Notes under the pieces: model-generated
The model's input: only the letters and a program-made list of their open reading frames with translations
Databases searched by the model: none
Told to the model about the DNA's origin: nothing
Program-made: the position numbers and the translations under genes
Shown: one piece after another, positions 43,682 through 52,238 of the stretch
Numbering within the stretch: position 1 is the stretch's first letter
Layout: each line of letters begins with the position of its first letter
Source: an uncultured Parcubacteria group bacterium
Lineage (GTDB): Bacteria; Patescibacteriota; Patescibacteriia; UBA9934; CAMTUG01
Length of the DNA: 64,000 nucleotides
Direction of reading: 5' to 3'
NCBI GenBank assembly: GCA_947084965.1
Contig: CAMTUG010000001.1
Span: 276,206 to 340,205 of the forward strand

Positions 43682-44614
43682 ATGCAACACATCCCCGTTT
43701 TAGCCGAAGAAGTCCTCCGCGCCCTGCATCCAGAACCTGGGCAGGATTTTATCGACGGTACGGTCGGACTTGGTGGACATGCCAAGCTGATCCTCGAAGC
43801 CACGGCCCCGAACGGACGATTGCTCGCCTTTGATAAGGATGCGGCCAATCTGGCGACCGCGAAAGAACATCTGAAATCGTTTGGCGACCGTGTCGTTTTT
43901 GTAAACGCCTCGTACGCCACTTTGAAAGAAAACGTGTATGTACATGGATTTGGTGAAGCTCGCGGTTTACTCTTGGACCTTGGCTTCAGCTCAGTTCACA
44001 TCGAAGATCCAGAACGCGGATTTTCTTTCCAAAGTGCAGGACCTTTGGACATGAGGTATGACCTCCGCCAGGAACTCACAGCCGAAACGATTGTGAATTC
44101 ATGGCGGGCGGAAGATCTGACCGATATCTTCCGTGTCTACGGAGAGGAACGACATGCCGGGAAGATTGCCAGACGCCTCGTGGAGGAACGCCGACGCGAA
44201 CGGATCCAAACAACGGATCGTCTCGCCCAAATCATCTCAAGCGTCGTGCCACGCAGCGGAAAAATTCATCCAGCCACTCGCGTTTTCCAAGCGCTCCGCA
44301 TTGCGGTAAATGACGAGCTCAATGAGCTCGAAACAGTACTGCCTGAGACGCTAGACGTATTACCGGCTGGGGCAACCCTTGCCGTCATATCGTTCCACTC
44401 CCTCGAAGACCGCATCGTCAAGCAATTCATGAAGGCGCATGCGGGGAACGGGTTGGAGGTGAAGACAAAAAGACCGATCGAACCGAGCGAAGCAGAAATC
44501 AAAAAAAATCCGCGGGCACGGAGCGCTAAGCTTCGGGTCGCGGAAGTCACTGGGGGATATGAACGCGCAAACAAAAATCAACACATCGAGAATCGTCCTC
44601 CTGAACACTGTTAG
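43682..44614 (+). CDS. rsmH: 16S rRNA (cytosine1402-N4)-methyltransferase RsmH (MraW)
   Basis: HIPVL, DGTVGLGGH, FHSLEDRIVK motifs. Confidence 0.85.
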   Translation: MQHIPVLAEEVLRALHPEPGQDFIDGTVGLGGHAKLILEATAPNGRLLAFDKDAANLATAKEHLKSFGDRVVFVNASYATLKENVYVHGFGEARGLLLDLGFSSVHIEDPERGFSFQSAGPLDMRYDLRQELTAETIVNSWRAEDLTDIFRVYGEERHAGKIARRLVEERRRERIQTTDRLAQIISSVVPRSGKIHPATRVFQALRIAVNDELNELETVLPETLDVLPAGATLAVISFHSLEDRIVKQFMKAHAGNGLEVKTKRPIEPSEAEIKKNPRARSAKLRVAEVTGGYERANKNQHIENRPPEHC

Positions 44615-44870
44615 CTTCTGTCTTGTCATTGTGATGGGGGTCGGCTATATTGCTCAAATCAACCGGAGCGCCAGTCACGGGTTCGAGATGAAGGCGCTTG
44701 AGGAACGGATTGCCGCACTGAACGTAGAGAACGAAGGACTGGAATTTGCGGTTGCAGAACATCAAAGTGTGGACACGGTGACGCGCAAATTAAAGATGCT
44801 CGGGATGGTCCCCGTTGACCAGATCGCCTATACGAGCGGCGCAACGTCTTCCGTTGCCATCAATCGATAA
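44559..44870 (+). CDS. Cell-division protein FtsL-like (TM + coiled coil)
   Basis: Position after rsmH, single TM, leucine-zipper-like region. Overlaps rsmH by 56 nt, so the start is uncertain. Confidence 0.5.
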   Translation: MNAQTKINTSRIVLLNTVSFCLVIVMGVGYIAQINRSASHGFEMKALEERIAALNVENEGLEFAVAEHQSVDTVTRKLKMLGMVPVDQIAYTSGATSSVAINR

Positions 44871-44872
44871 AC

Positions 44873-45910
44873 ATGAAATCGTTTACTACTTCGCACGGGA
44901 CAATTCAGTTTCCAGAGTTCATGCCGATCGCCACCAAAGGCGCGGTCAAAACGCTGGATGTGGGGGATCTGCGACACTTAGGTGCGCAGATCATTTTGTC
45001 GAATACGTATCATTTGCTGTTGCGTCCTGGGCTTGAAGGGATGAAGAAACTTGGCGGTCTGCATCGTTTTATGGGTTGGGATGGGCCGATCTTAACGGAT
45101 AGCGGTGGATACCAAGTATTTTCTCTGCCCAACAAAACGACCGAAGAAGGGGTGGAGTTTAAATCCCCGATCGACGGAGCCAAGATTTTTTTGACTCCGG
45201 AATTGTCGATGGAGATGCAGACCGCGATCGGTTCAGACATTGTGATGCAGTTTGATGACGTTGCGGCAGGAGATTCTGATCGTGTGCGCTACGAAGAAGC
45301 GATGCAGCGATCACTGCGATGGGCCAAGCGATGCAGAGAATCGTACAACGGTCCTGGAAAACTGTTTGGGATTGTTCAAGGGGGGACGCATGAAGATTTG
45401 CGCGAGAGATCAGCGACAGAGTTGATGAAGATCGGCTTTGATGGCTACGCCATCGGCGGTCTTTCCGTAGGGGAAAAACGCGAGGATGCATTTCGTATTG
45501 CCAAGCACGTGGCGGCGATGCTTCCGGCGGACAAGCCGCGGTATTTTATGGGCGGCGGGTTTCCGGAGGAGATCGTCTATTATGTTTCTGTTGGCATCGA
45601 CATGTTTGATTGTGTTCTCCCGACGCGTAATGCACGGCACGGAACGTTATTTGTGTGGAAAGGGGAGCCAGGAGAGTGTGTGCGAAAGGCGTATGATTTG
45701 GCGTTGTCGGGGGGACCAGATAAAGAAATAGCGGCCGTTTTGTACGAACAGTTGCATGTGACGAACGAAAAGTTCGCGTTCGATGAACAATGGGGCTACT
45801 TGCGGCATCTGTTTATGGTCGGGGAGCCGCTGGCGATGCGATTGGCCACTCTCCACAACCTGAAGTTTTATTTGCAGCTGATGGAAGAGTTGAGAGGTAT
45901 CAAAAAATAA
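44873..45910 (+). CDS. tgt: Queuine tRNA-ribosyltransferase (tRNA-guanine transglycosylase)
   Basis: ILTDSGGYQVFSL catalytic-Asp motif, TIM-barrel TGT pattern. Confidence 0.8.
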   Translation: MKSFTTSHGTIQFPEFMPIATKGAVKTLDVGDLRHLGAQIILSNTYHLLLRPGLEGMKKLGGLHRFMGWDGPILTDSGGYQVFSLPNKTTEEGVEFKSPIDGAKIFLTPELSMEMQTAIGSDIVMQFDDVAAGDSDRVRYEEAMQRSLRWAKRCRESYNGPGKLFGIVQGGTHEDLRERSATELMKIGFDGYAIGGLSVGEKREDAFRIAKHVAAMLPADKPRYFMGGGFPEEIVYYVSVGIDMFDCVLPTRNARHGTLFVWKGEPGECVRKAYDLALSGGPDKEIAAVLYEQLHVTNEKFAFDEQWGYLRHLFMVGEPLAMRLATLHNLKFYLQLMEELRGIKK

Positions 45911-45920
45911 TGCCGAATCG

Positions 45921-45944
45921 AATATGCCTCTCGAGAGGCATATT
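45921..45944. terminator. Perfect 24-nt palindrome (aatatgcctctc|gagaggcatatt) between convergent genes
   Basis: Seen directly. Confidence 0.6.
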
Positions 45945-45955
45945 GCTATGGGCCA

Positions 45956-46624
45956 TTATTTTGCTACAGCCACCTCGGATTCGCGTTCAGAGTATTGGCG
46001 ATCACTAAGCCGTTTGAGTTCAAGGAGAAGGCGAGCGATTTTGGTCGCCTCTGGGACGAGCGCTTCTTCGAGTCCTTGAATCGATTTGGTGATGCGGGTA
46101 ACGGCGGCAGGGTCGTCTGACTTTTCTTTTAGGAGTTCACGCTTCATCTCTATTGCAGAAAGGATTGGGAAGTATCCGTTCAATTTCTGGGCGAGATAAT
46201 TTGTGATCGTTGGGAGATTGGCAGAGGTGCTGACATCGGCCAGTGAGGAATTGCGATAAAGTTCCTCGATCGATTTCGGATACGGAAGCGGATGACCGTG
46301 TTCGTCGTCGCGTTTAAAAAGCTCGAGATCTCGGGTGAAAAGTTGATCGATCTGTTCTTGGTCCATCAGTTCTGTTGAACGGAGGATTTCCTGAAAGAGC
46401 GGCTGGGCGAGGAGCGTTTCGAGGTTTGCTTGGAGCTGACGGGTGGTGAATTCTGTCCCTTCTTTTGCTCGCTCTATCTCCCAAACATGGTTAAGGGCCG
46501 GCAGGTGTGCATAATCAACCGGCGGCGCATTGGGTGCCTCTGGTGCTGTAAACATCTGTTCTGAAAAACCTTCTTCTCCGGACATAGTGTGGTGATTATC
46601 GCACAGGGATGGTAAAATAGGCAA
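45956..46624 (-). CDS. Hypothetical protein
   Basis: ORF with backbone codon usage; no recognisable motif. Confidence 0.4.
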   Translation of the reverse strand: MPILPSLCDNHHTMSGEEGFSEQMFTAPEAPNAPPVDYAHLPALNHVWEIERAKEGTEFTTRQLQANLETLLAQPLFQEILRSTELMDQEQIDQLFTRDLELFKRDDEHGHPLPYPKSIEELYRNSSLADVSTSANLPTITNYLAQKLNGYFPILSAIEMKRELLKEKSDDPAAVTRITKSIQGLEEALVPEATKIARLLLELKRLSDRQYSERESEVAVAK

Positions 46625-46627
46625 CGT

Positions 46628-47005
46628 ATGGCACAGAACGCGGTTGCCCTTAGTGCGAAGTATTTTGTGGTCGATCTCATCGGTGGGATCGTCCTTTTTC
46701 CGGTCTGGTGGTACACGCGCGGATTGGTGAAAATGGGGAGCGGTGTGTTGGACTTTTGGACAGCGGAGCGCAGTTCGCTAGCGATCGGTGTTTGGATCAA
46801 GAACATCTTCACCCCCATGTACGGTACGCACGATATCGCTGGGCGATTGATCAGCTTTTTCATGCGCATCGTGCAGATCATCGGTCGAACGATTGTGCTC
46901 CTGATTTGGACCGTGCTCTTGCTCCTCTTTTTTGTGGCCTATCTCGTTTTTCCTGCCTTTGTCGCTCTGGAAGTAGTCTATCACCTTGTTGGATCGCTTT
47001 TATGA
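46628..47005 (+). CDS. Small membrane protein (3-4 TM), translationally coupled (ATGA) to the ClpB-like gene
   Basis: Hydrophobic; stop overlaps ATG 47002. Confidence 0.5.
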   Translation: MAQNAVALSAKYFVVDLIGGIVLFPVWWYTRGLVKMGSGVLDFWTAERSSLAIGVWIKNIFTPMYGTHDIAGRLISFFMRIVQIIGRTIVLLIWTVLLLLFFVAYLVFPAFVALEVVYHLVGSLL

Positions 47006-49593
47006 AGGGACTTGTTGTAAACAGTAAGCCGTTCGCCTTCACGGAACGCGTCGATGAAGTATCTATCATGTTGAAGCACGCACGTGATGGGGTGCAGAAA
47101 CTGATCGATCTCGTTGTGTTAGCTGGTGTCGTGCTCCTTCTGGCAATTTTTGCTCTCGGTACATTCGTGCTTAGCGATCCGGCAGAGATGATTGAACTTC
47201 TCTTTTGGACGACCCCAAGCGCTTATCTGTTCTGCTTCTGGTCTGCCATCTTTTTGATTCTGTTCTTCATCTATCGTCGGCTTGAGGCACGCCGCGAACA
47301 CGCCGTTCTGCCGACGCTCGAGCCTGACGCCGCTGCAGCGCTCGCACCAACCGATCTTTCTCACGGCCACAATATTCGCCAGTTCATGGATGACGAGGCG
47401 GTCAAATCCGTTGAACAAGGATTTGAAACGGCGCATAAGTTCAAACATGGAAGCGTTGATGCCCTTCACCTGTTTATCGGATCGCTGACCACACGTGAGG
47501 CATCCATCGTCTTTGCGCGCCTCGGATTATCATTCGATACGATGCGTGATGCGGTTGTGCGTCGACTTGCTTCCTTGCCCGCGGCGGGTGGAACGACTCT
47601 CGGTGACAACGCGCAGAAGATTTTGGCGCAGGCCATGAAGTCCGCTATCGTCCATCGACGCCGTCACATTACCCCGGTTGAGCTGATGATCGCTGCGTAT
47701 GACGCAGACGAATTTTTACAGGAGTTATTGTACAGTAAAAAAATTGAACGCCAGGATTTCGAAAACGTCTTGCAGTGGATTCGCATCAACGACGAACAGC
47801 GCCGCCGGATCAAAGAGTTTTCTCGGGCCGCGTCCCTCAAGCCAAAGGGGCCGGTCAACCGTGCCTACACGTCGGTGGCGACACCGTTTCTTGATTCTGT
47901 TTCGGACGACCTGACGCGTGCCGCGGCTTGGGGGCAGTTGCCAATGCTGGTTGGACGCGCTCAGGAATTGACCTCTGTGTTTCGGGCGATCGAAGGGGGG
48001 AATCAGAGCGTTGTTTTGGTTGGGCTACCAGGAGTGGGAAAGGACGCGTTGATTTCGGGGATCGCCGAAGCGATGGTTGAAGAGCGCGTGCCAGAGATTT
48101 TACAAGACAAGCGCTTAGTGAAAATTTCTCTGCCACACATTATTGCCGGATCAAGCGGTACGCAGGCTGAGGCTAAGCTTCTGCAAGCTCTGCGCGAAAT
48201 TGCGATTTCTGGAAACATCGTTACGGTCATCACCGACATCGACCAGATGATCGGGCAGGGGCTCGATCTTTCGGCAATTTTGTCGCAAGAGCTGGATCGT
48301 CGCTACACGTTTGTGATCGCTACCACAACGCCGGAAGGGTATGCCAGCAAGGTGGAGCGCTCGGTGCTCGGACAGAAGCTGATTAAAATTGACGTTCAAG
48401 AGCCGAAGCAAAACGAAGCCATTCATATCCTTGAAGCCAAGATCGGATCGATTGAATATAAGCACAACGTCGTCTTTACGTATGAAGCGGTCAGCCGTGT
48501 CGTTTCCTTAACCGATCGCTACATGCACGATCGTCAGTTGCCAGAAAAGGCGATCGAAGTGGCTCAAGAAGTTGCCCTCGAGGTGCATAAAAAGAAGGGC
48601 GACGGAGCGCGGGTGGTTGGGGAAGATGTTGCCGCGATCATCAGCGAAAAAACGCGTGTGCCGGTGACCGAAGTCGCCAGCGAGGAAAAAGAGAAGTTGC
48701 TGCACTTGGAAGAGCGGATGCACGGCCGTGTCGTTGGTCAAGACGAGGCGGTCAAAGCGATTGCGGCGGCGTTGCGTCGCGCCCGTGCGGACTTGCGTTC
48801 CCAAGATCGTCCGATCGCCAACTTTTTGTTTCTTGGGCCAACCGGGGTCGGAAAAACGGAGCTGGCCAAAACGGTCAGTGAAGTGTACTTCGGCAGCGAA
48901 GGGGCGATGCTTCGCTTTGATATGTCGGAATATCAGGAGCAGGGGAGCATTAATCGTCTGATCGGTGCGGCCGGGCAAGGGGGGTTGATTACTGAAGCGG
49001 TGCGTAAAGCTCCGTTCTCTTTATTGCTCCTCGATGAACTTGAGAAGGCGCATCCAGATATTTTGAACCTCTTCCTGCAAGTGATGGATGACGGCCGTTT
49101 GACCGACGGCGCGGGTCGCACGATCGACTTTACCAACGTTATTTTGATCGCCACGTCAAACGCCGGGGCGCAGTATCTGCAGCAGGCGGTCCGTCAGAAC
49201 ATTCCAATGGAGCAGATCAAGGAGAACCTGATCGAAAACGAACTCAAGGGCATTTATCGTCCAGAGTTTTTGAACCGCTTCGATGGAATTATCGTTTTCA
49301 AGCCGCTTGGGATGGAAGAGGTTGTGCAGATCGCTTATCTCATGATTTCTAAAGTTACGGAACGATTGAAGGCGAAGGGGATTACGTTCCGCGCCAGCGA
49401 CGAAGCGGTGTACGAATTGGCGCAAAAAGGATTTGATCCAAAGTTTGGTGCGCGTCCGTTGCGCCGAGTGATTCAGGAAGAGGTCGACAACGCCGTGGCG
49501 ACCGTCCTTTTGAAAGGGGAAGTGGGACGTCGCGATACGCTGGTGCTTGAAGCAGGGGGCAAGATTCACGTCGAAAAGGCGGCCGAGCTGTAG
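47002..49593 (+). CDS. Membrane-anchored ClpB/ClpC-type AAA+ protein with Clp_N domain, degenerate D1 (GVGKD, no Walker-B Glu) and canonical D2
   Basis: Two N-terminal TM helices. Clp_N repeat (HLFIGSLTTREASIVFARLG). D1 GLPGVGKDALISGIAE / TVITDIDQ. D2 GPTGVGKTELAKTV / LLLLDELEKAHPD. The ORF-track N-extension from 46708 was rejected. Confidence 0.75.
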   Translation: MKGLVVNSKPFAFTERVDEVSIMLKHARDGVQKLIDLVVLAGVVLLLAIFALGTFVLSDPAEMIELLFWTTPSAYLFCFWSAIFLILFFIYRRLEARREHAVLPTLEPDAAAALAPTDLSHGHNIRQFMDDEAVKSVEQGFETAHKFKHGSVDALHLFIGSLTTREASIVFARLGLSFDTMRDAVVRRLASLPAAGGTTLGDNAQKILAQAMKSAIVHRRRHITPVELMIAAYDADEFLQELLYSKKIERQDFENVLQWIRINDEQRRRIKEFSRAASLKPKGPVNRAYTSVATPFLDSVSDDLTRAAAWGQLPMLVGRAQELTSVFRAIEGGNQSVVLVGLPGVGKDALISGIAEAMVEERVPEILQDKRLVKISLPHIIAGSSGTQAEAKLLQALREIAISGNIVTVITDIDQMIGQGLDLSAILSQELDRRYTFVIATTTPEGYASKVERSVLGQKLIKIDVQEPKQNEAIHILEAKIGSIEYKHNVVFTYEAVSRVVSLTDRYMHDRQLPEKAIEVAQEVALEVHKKKGDGARVVGEDVAAIISEKTRVPVTEVASEEKEKLLHLEERMHGRVVGQDEAVKAIAAALRRARADLRSQDRPIANFLFLGPTGVGKTELAKTVSEVYFGSEGAMLRFDMSEYQEQGSINRLIGAAGQGGLITEAVRKAPFSLLLLDELEKAHPDILNLFLQVMDDGRLTDGAGRTIDFTNVILIATSNAGAQYLQQAVRQNIPMEQIKENLIENELKGIYRPEFLNRFDGIIVFKPLGMEEVVQIAYLMISKVTERLKAKGITFRASDEAVYELAQKGFDPKFGARPLRRVIQEEVDNAVATVLLKGEVGRRDTLVLEAGGKIHVEKAAEL

Positions 49594-49594
49594 T

Positions 49595-50650
49595 ATGCAA
49601 TTCTTCTGGTTTCTTTGGGCGGGTCTCGGGTTTCTCGTTGCCTTCCTAGCGATCCCGTTGATCGCTAGGTTTGCCGAACGCGCCGGAGTGGTAGCTCGGC
49701 CTTCTGGACACCCCAAAGAGGTGCACAAAAGCCCCGTTCCATTGCTTGGTGGGCTCGCAGTTTTTTTAGGTGTCGGTGTGCCCCTCCTGTTGATCTTAGC
49801 GACGAGTGACGCTCTGACCGACGGATTGATCCATGCCAGTCACTATCTTGGGTTTCTTCTTGGCGGTGCGGTTCTCATGATCGGTGGATTTTTAGACGAC
49901 AAATACAACCTCCCTCCCAAGGTCACGATTCTTTTTCCCATGATCGCCGCGGCCACGGCCGTCCTTTTCGGGATCGGGGTTGATCGACTGACAAATCCCT
50001 TTGGTGAAACGCCGTTTTTTCTCGCAGACTGGCAATCTTCTTTGCTGACGTTTGTCTGGTTGATGGTCGTCATGTACACCACAAAGTTTCTTGATGGTCT
50101 CGACGGCTTAGCAAGTGGCGTCAGTGGGATCGGTGCGTTTATGATGTTCTTGCTGGCTGTCACGGTGACGTATTTTCAACCGGACGTGGCATTATTCTCG
50201 TTGATTGCGGTCGGGGCGCTGGCAGCATTTTTTGTCTGGAACTTTCATCCGGCCGTTATTTTTCTTGGTGAAGGCGGGAGTACGTATGTCGGATTTTTAC
50301 TCGGCGTGCTTTCGGTCATCGGTGGAGCCAAACTCGGTACACTCCTTCTCGTTCTGGCTATTCCGTTCCTTGATGTGTTGTGGGTCGTGTTGCGCCGTGT
50401 GTTCGTTGAGCATAAATCACCGACGTCCGGTGACCGCAAGCATCTTCATCATCGTCTGCTTGATCTTGGATTGTCTCAGCGTCAAGTGGTCGTCCTCTAC
50501 GTCGGTGTCGCTGCCGCGTCCGGTATGTCGACCCTTCTGCTTCAAAGTCGCGACAAGATTATTACCTTTGGCGTCATCGCTACGCTGATGATCATCGCCG
50601 CGACCTATATTGTTATCACCAGTCGCAAGCGCCTTGAGCACAACGTATGA
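49595..50650 (+). CDS. Polyprenyl-phosphate HexNAc-1-phosphate transferase family (MraY/WecA-like)
   Basis: 10-11 TM, DDKYNLPP and FLDGLDGLASG motifs; MraY versus WecA not resolved. Confidence 0.65.
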   Translation: MQFFWFLWAGLGFLVAFLAIPLIARFAERAGVVARPSGHPKEVHKSPVPLLGGLAVFLGVGVPLLLILATSDALTDGLIHASHYLGFLLGGAVLMIGGFLDDKYNLPPKVTILFPMIAAATAVLFGIGVDRLTNPFGETPFFLADWQSSLLTFVWLMVVMYTTKFLDGLDGLASGVSGIGAFMMFLLAVTVTYFQPDVALFSLIAVGALAAFFVWNFHPAVIFLGEGGSTYVGFLLGVLSVIGGAKLGTLLLVLAIPFLDVLWVVLRRVFVEHKSPTSGDRKHLHHRLLDLGLSQRQVVVLYVGVAAASGMSTLLLQSRDKIITFGVIATLMIIAATYIVITSRKRLEHNV

Positions 50651-51114
50651 TCAAACGCTCTTGGCGATTGTTGATTCTTCTCGCTGCTATCGTGATCATC
50701 GCGATCATGGTGATGAGGATGTCGTCGCCGTCGATCGGTGTGCCCGATGACGGATCTGTTGCATTCGAAGGTGGACCGATCGTTCCGGTGGAGATCTCGG
50801 ATTCACAAGACGAACAGGTTCGTGGACTCTCGGGGCGCGATGGGCTCGCTCCAGGATCAGGAATGCTCTTTGTCTACGATGATCAAAAGGTCCGGACATA
50901 TTGGATGAAAGAGATGCGTTTCTCGATCGATATTATTTGGATTGCGGACGGACAGGTGATCGGGTTTGTCGAGCGCGCTGTGCCGCCGATCGGTCCGGGC
51001 GACCCGCTTGATCTGTACCGGTCCCCAGAACCCGCTGATCGTGTTCTTGAAGTTGAGGCGGGTTTTATCGAAGAACACGGGGTCTTCATCGGGCAGACGG
51101 TGGTAACCAATTGA
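50647..51114 (+). CDS. DUF192-domain protein
   Basis: GLSGRDGLAPGSGMLFVY...SIDIIWIADGQVIG pattern. Confidence 0.55.
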   Translation: MIKRSWRLLILLAAIVIIAIMVMRMSSPSIGVPDDGSVAFEGGPIVPVEISDSQDEQVRGLSGRDGLAPGSGMLFVYDDQKVRTYWMKEMRFSIDIIWIADGQVIGFVERAVPPIGPGDPLDLYRSPEPADRVLEVEAGFIEEHGVFIGQTVVTN

Positions 51115-51215
51115 CGTTTTTCGTCTTCTTTGCTACTATTTTCGCGTCATTCACAGCGCTGGCCAATGGGTTTCAAGAGCTGAAAAGCCCCCAGGTGCCG
51201 CGGTAATTTAAGAGT

Positions 51216-51524
51216 ATGTTCGCAGTTATTAAGACGGGTGGTAAGCAGGAGATCGTCCGCGAAGGACAGCTTTTGACCACCGAAAAGCTCGAGATCGAAG
51301 TCGGTAAGCCCGTAGAATTCGAGGTATTGCTCACCGCCGAAGATGACGGATCGTCGGTCGAAGTCGGCAAGCCGGTGCTCAAAACGGTGGTCAAAGGGAC
51401 GGTCGTTGAACACGGTAAGGGCGATAAAGTGTCGGTTATCAAATACAAAGCCAAGTCGCGTTACCGCCGCAACGGCAGCCACCGACAGCCATTCACCAAA
51501 GTCAAAATCGAAAAGATCGGATAA
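51216..51524 (+). CDS. rplU: 50S ribosomal protein L21
   Basis: MFAVIKTGGKQEIVREGQLL...; 102 aa. Confidence 0.9.
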   Translation: MFAVIKTGGKQEIVREGQLLTTEKLEIEVGKPVEFEVLLTAEDDGSSVEVGKPVLKTVVKGTVVEHGKGDKVSVIKYKAKSRYRRNGSHRQPFTKVKIEKIG

Positions 51525-51528
51525 GGAG

Positions 51529-51556
51529 AGCGGGGTCATGCGCCCCGCTTTTTCGT
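51529..51556 (+). terminator. Rho-independent terminator after rplU
   Basis: agcgggg-tcatgcg-ccccgct followed by ttttcgtttc. Confidence 0.6.
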
Positions 51557-51632
51557 TTCAAAAACAGAAGCGCGCACCCGGAGAGAGCGGCTAGCCGGGT
51601 GGGCTTCTGCCGCGCTTCAGGTGCGCGTGACC

Positions 51633-52100
51633 TCAGCCGTAGAAGCCGAGGCGTTGGTAGAGGTGGGGTGGGAAGGAGACGCTGGGGGTCAGCGCCTGGT
51701 CCTCTGTGGTCGAGGTGGCGACGACCTGGTTGGTGCCGAGGTCCGTGTTCACGAAGAACTGGAACTCGACCGCTCCGGTCCCGAAGAAGGTGGAGATCAC
51801 GGCCACGCCCTGCTCGTTCGAGCGGACGTACCCGTAGTAGTCGAACCCGCTGTAGCCGATCAGCGGGATCTCGAGCTTGAACCCGACCAGCGCGCAGAAC
51901 GGTCGGTCGCCCCTGAGGACGATGTTCTGCATGCTGCGCTCGAGCCCTTCCGCCTTCGCACCGCGGTAGGTGTAGCGGACCATCTGGTTGGAGTACTTGA
52001 TGAAGTCGGCCATGAAGCCGAACTTCTTCAGGAATTCCTTGCTGAGGAAGACCGCCAGTGTGGTGGAGAGGACGAGGCAGGTGGTGAGGAGAACGGTCAT
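51633..52100 (-). CDS. Secreted/membrane-anchored hypothetical protein (155 aa), extreme GC3 (cassette gene)
   Basis: GGAAGG SD upstream. Near-consensus promoter TTGACT-17-TATATT, whose + strand reverse complement lies at 52146-52174. Terminator hairpin gaagcgcg...cgcgcttc plus T-run after the stop. The antisense ORFs 51621-52190(+) and 51502-52155(-) were rejected. Confidence 0.65.
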   Translation of the reverse strand: MTVLLTTCLVLSTTLAVFLSKEFLKKFGFMADFIKYSNQMVRYTYRGAKAEGLERSMQNIVLRGDRPFCALVGFKLEIPLIGYSGFDYYGYVRSNEQGVAVISTFFGTGAVEFQFFVNTDLGTNQVVATSTTEDQALTPSVSFPPHLYQRLGFYG

Positions 52101-52238
52101 CGGAACCTTCCTGTAAGCCGCGGCGGGGATGCCATGCGGGGGATGAATATAGCATATTTTGGGCAAAAAGTCAACGGTTCAGAAAGGTGATTTCTACAAA
52201 AAGTAACAAAAAACAGCCCTTTCTTAACGAAAGAACTG

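Noticed and set aside
46708-47001. N-terminal 98-aa extension of the ClpB-like ORF in the ORF track
   Set aside because: The extension is low-complexity, overlaps the upstream membrane-protein gene in another frame, and the ATGA-coupled ATG at 47002 gives a sensible TM-containing N-terminus.
51502-52190. 217-aa minus and 189-aa plus ORFs overlapping the 51633-52100 cassette gene
   Set aside because: They are shadow ORFs in GC-rich DNA. The chosen frame has an SD, a promoter, a terminator and a signal peptide.
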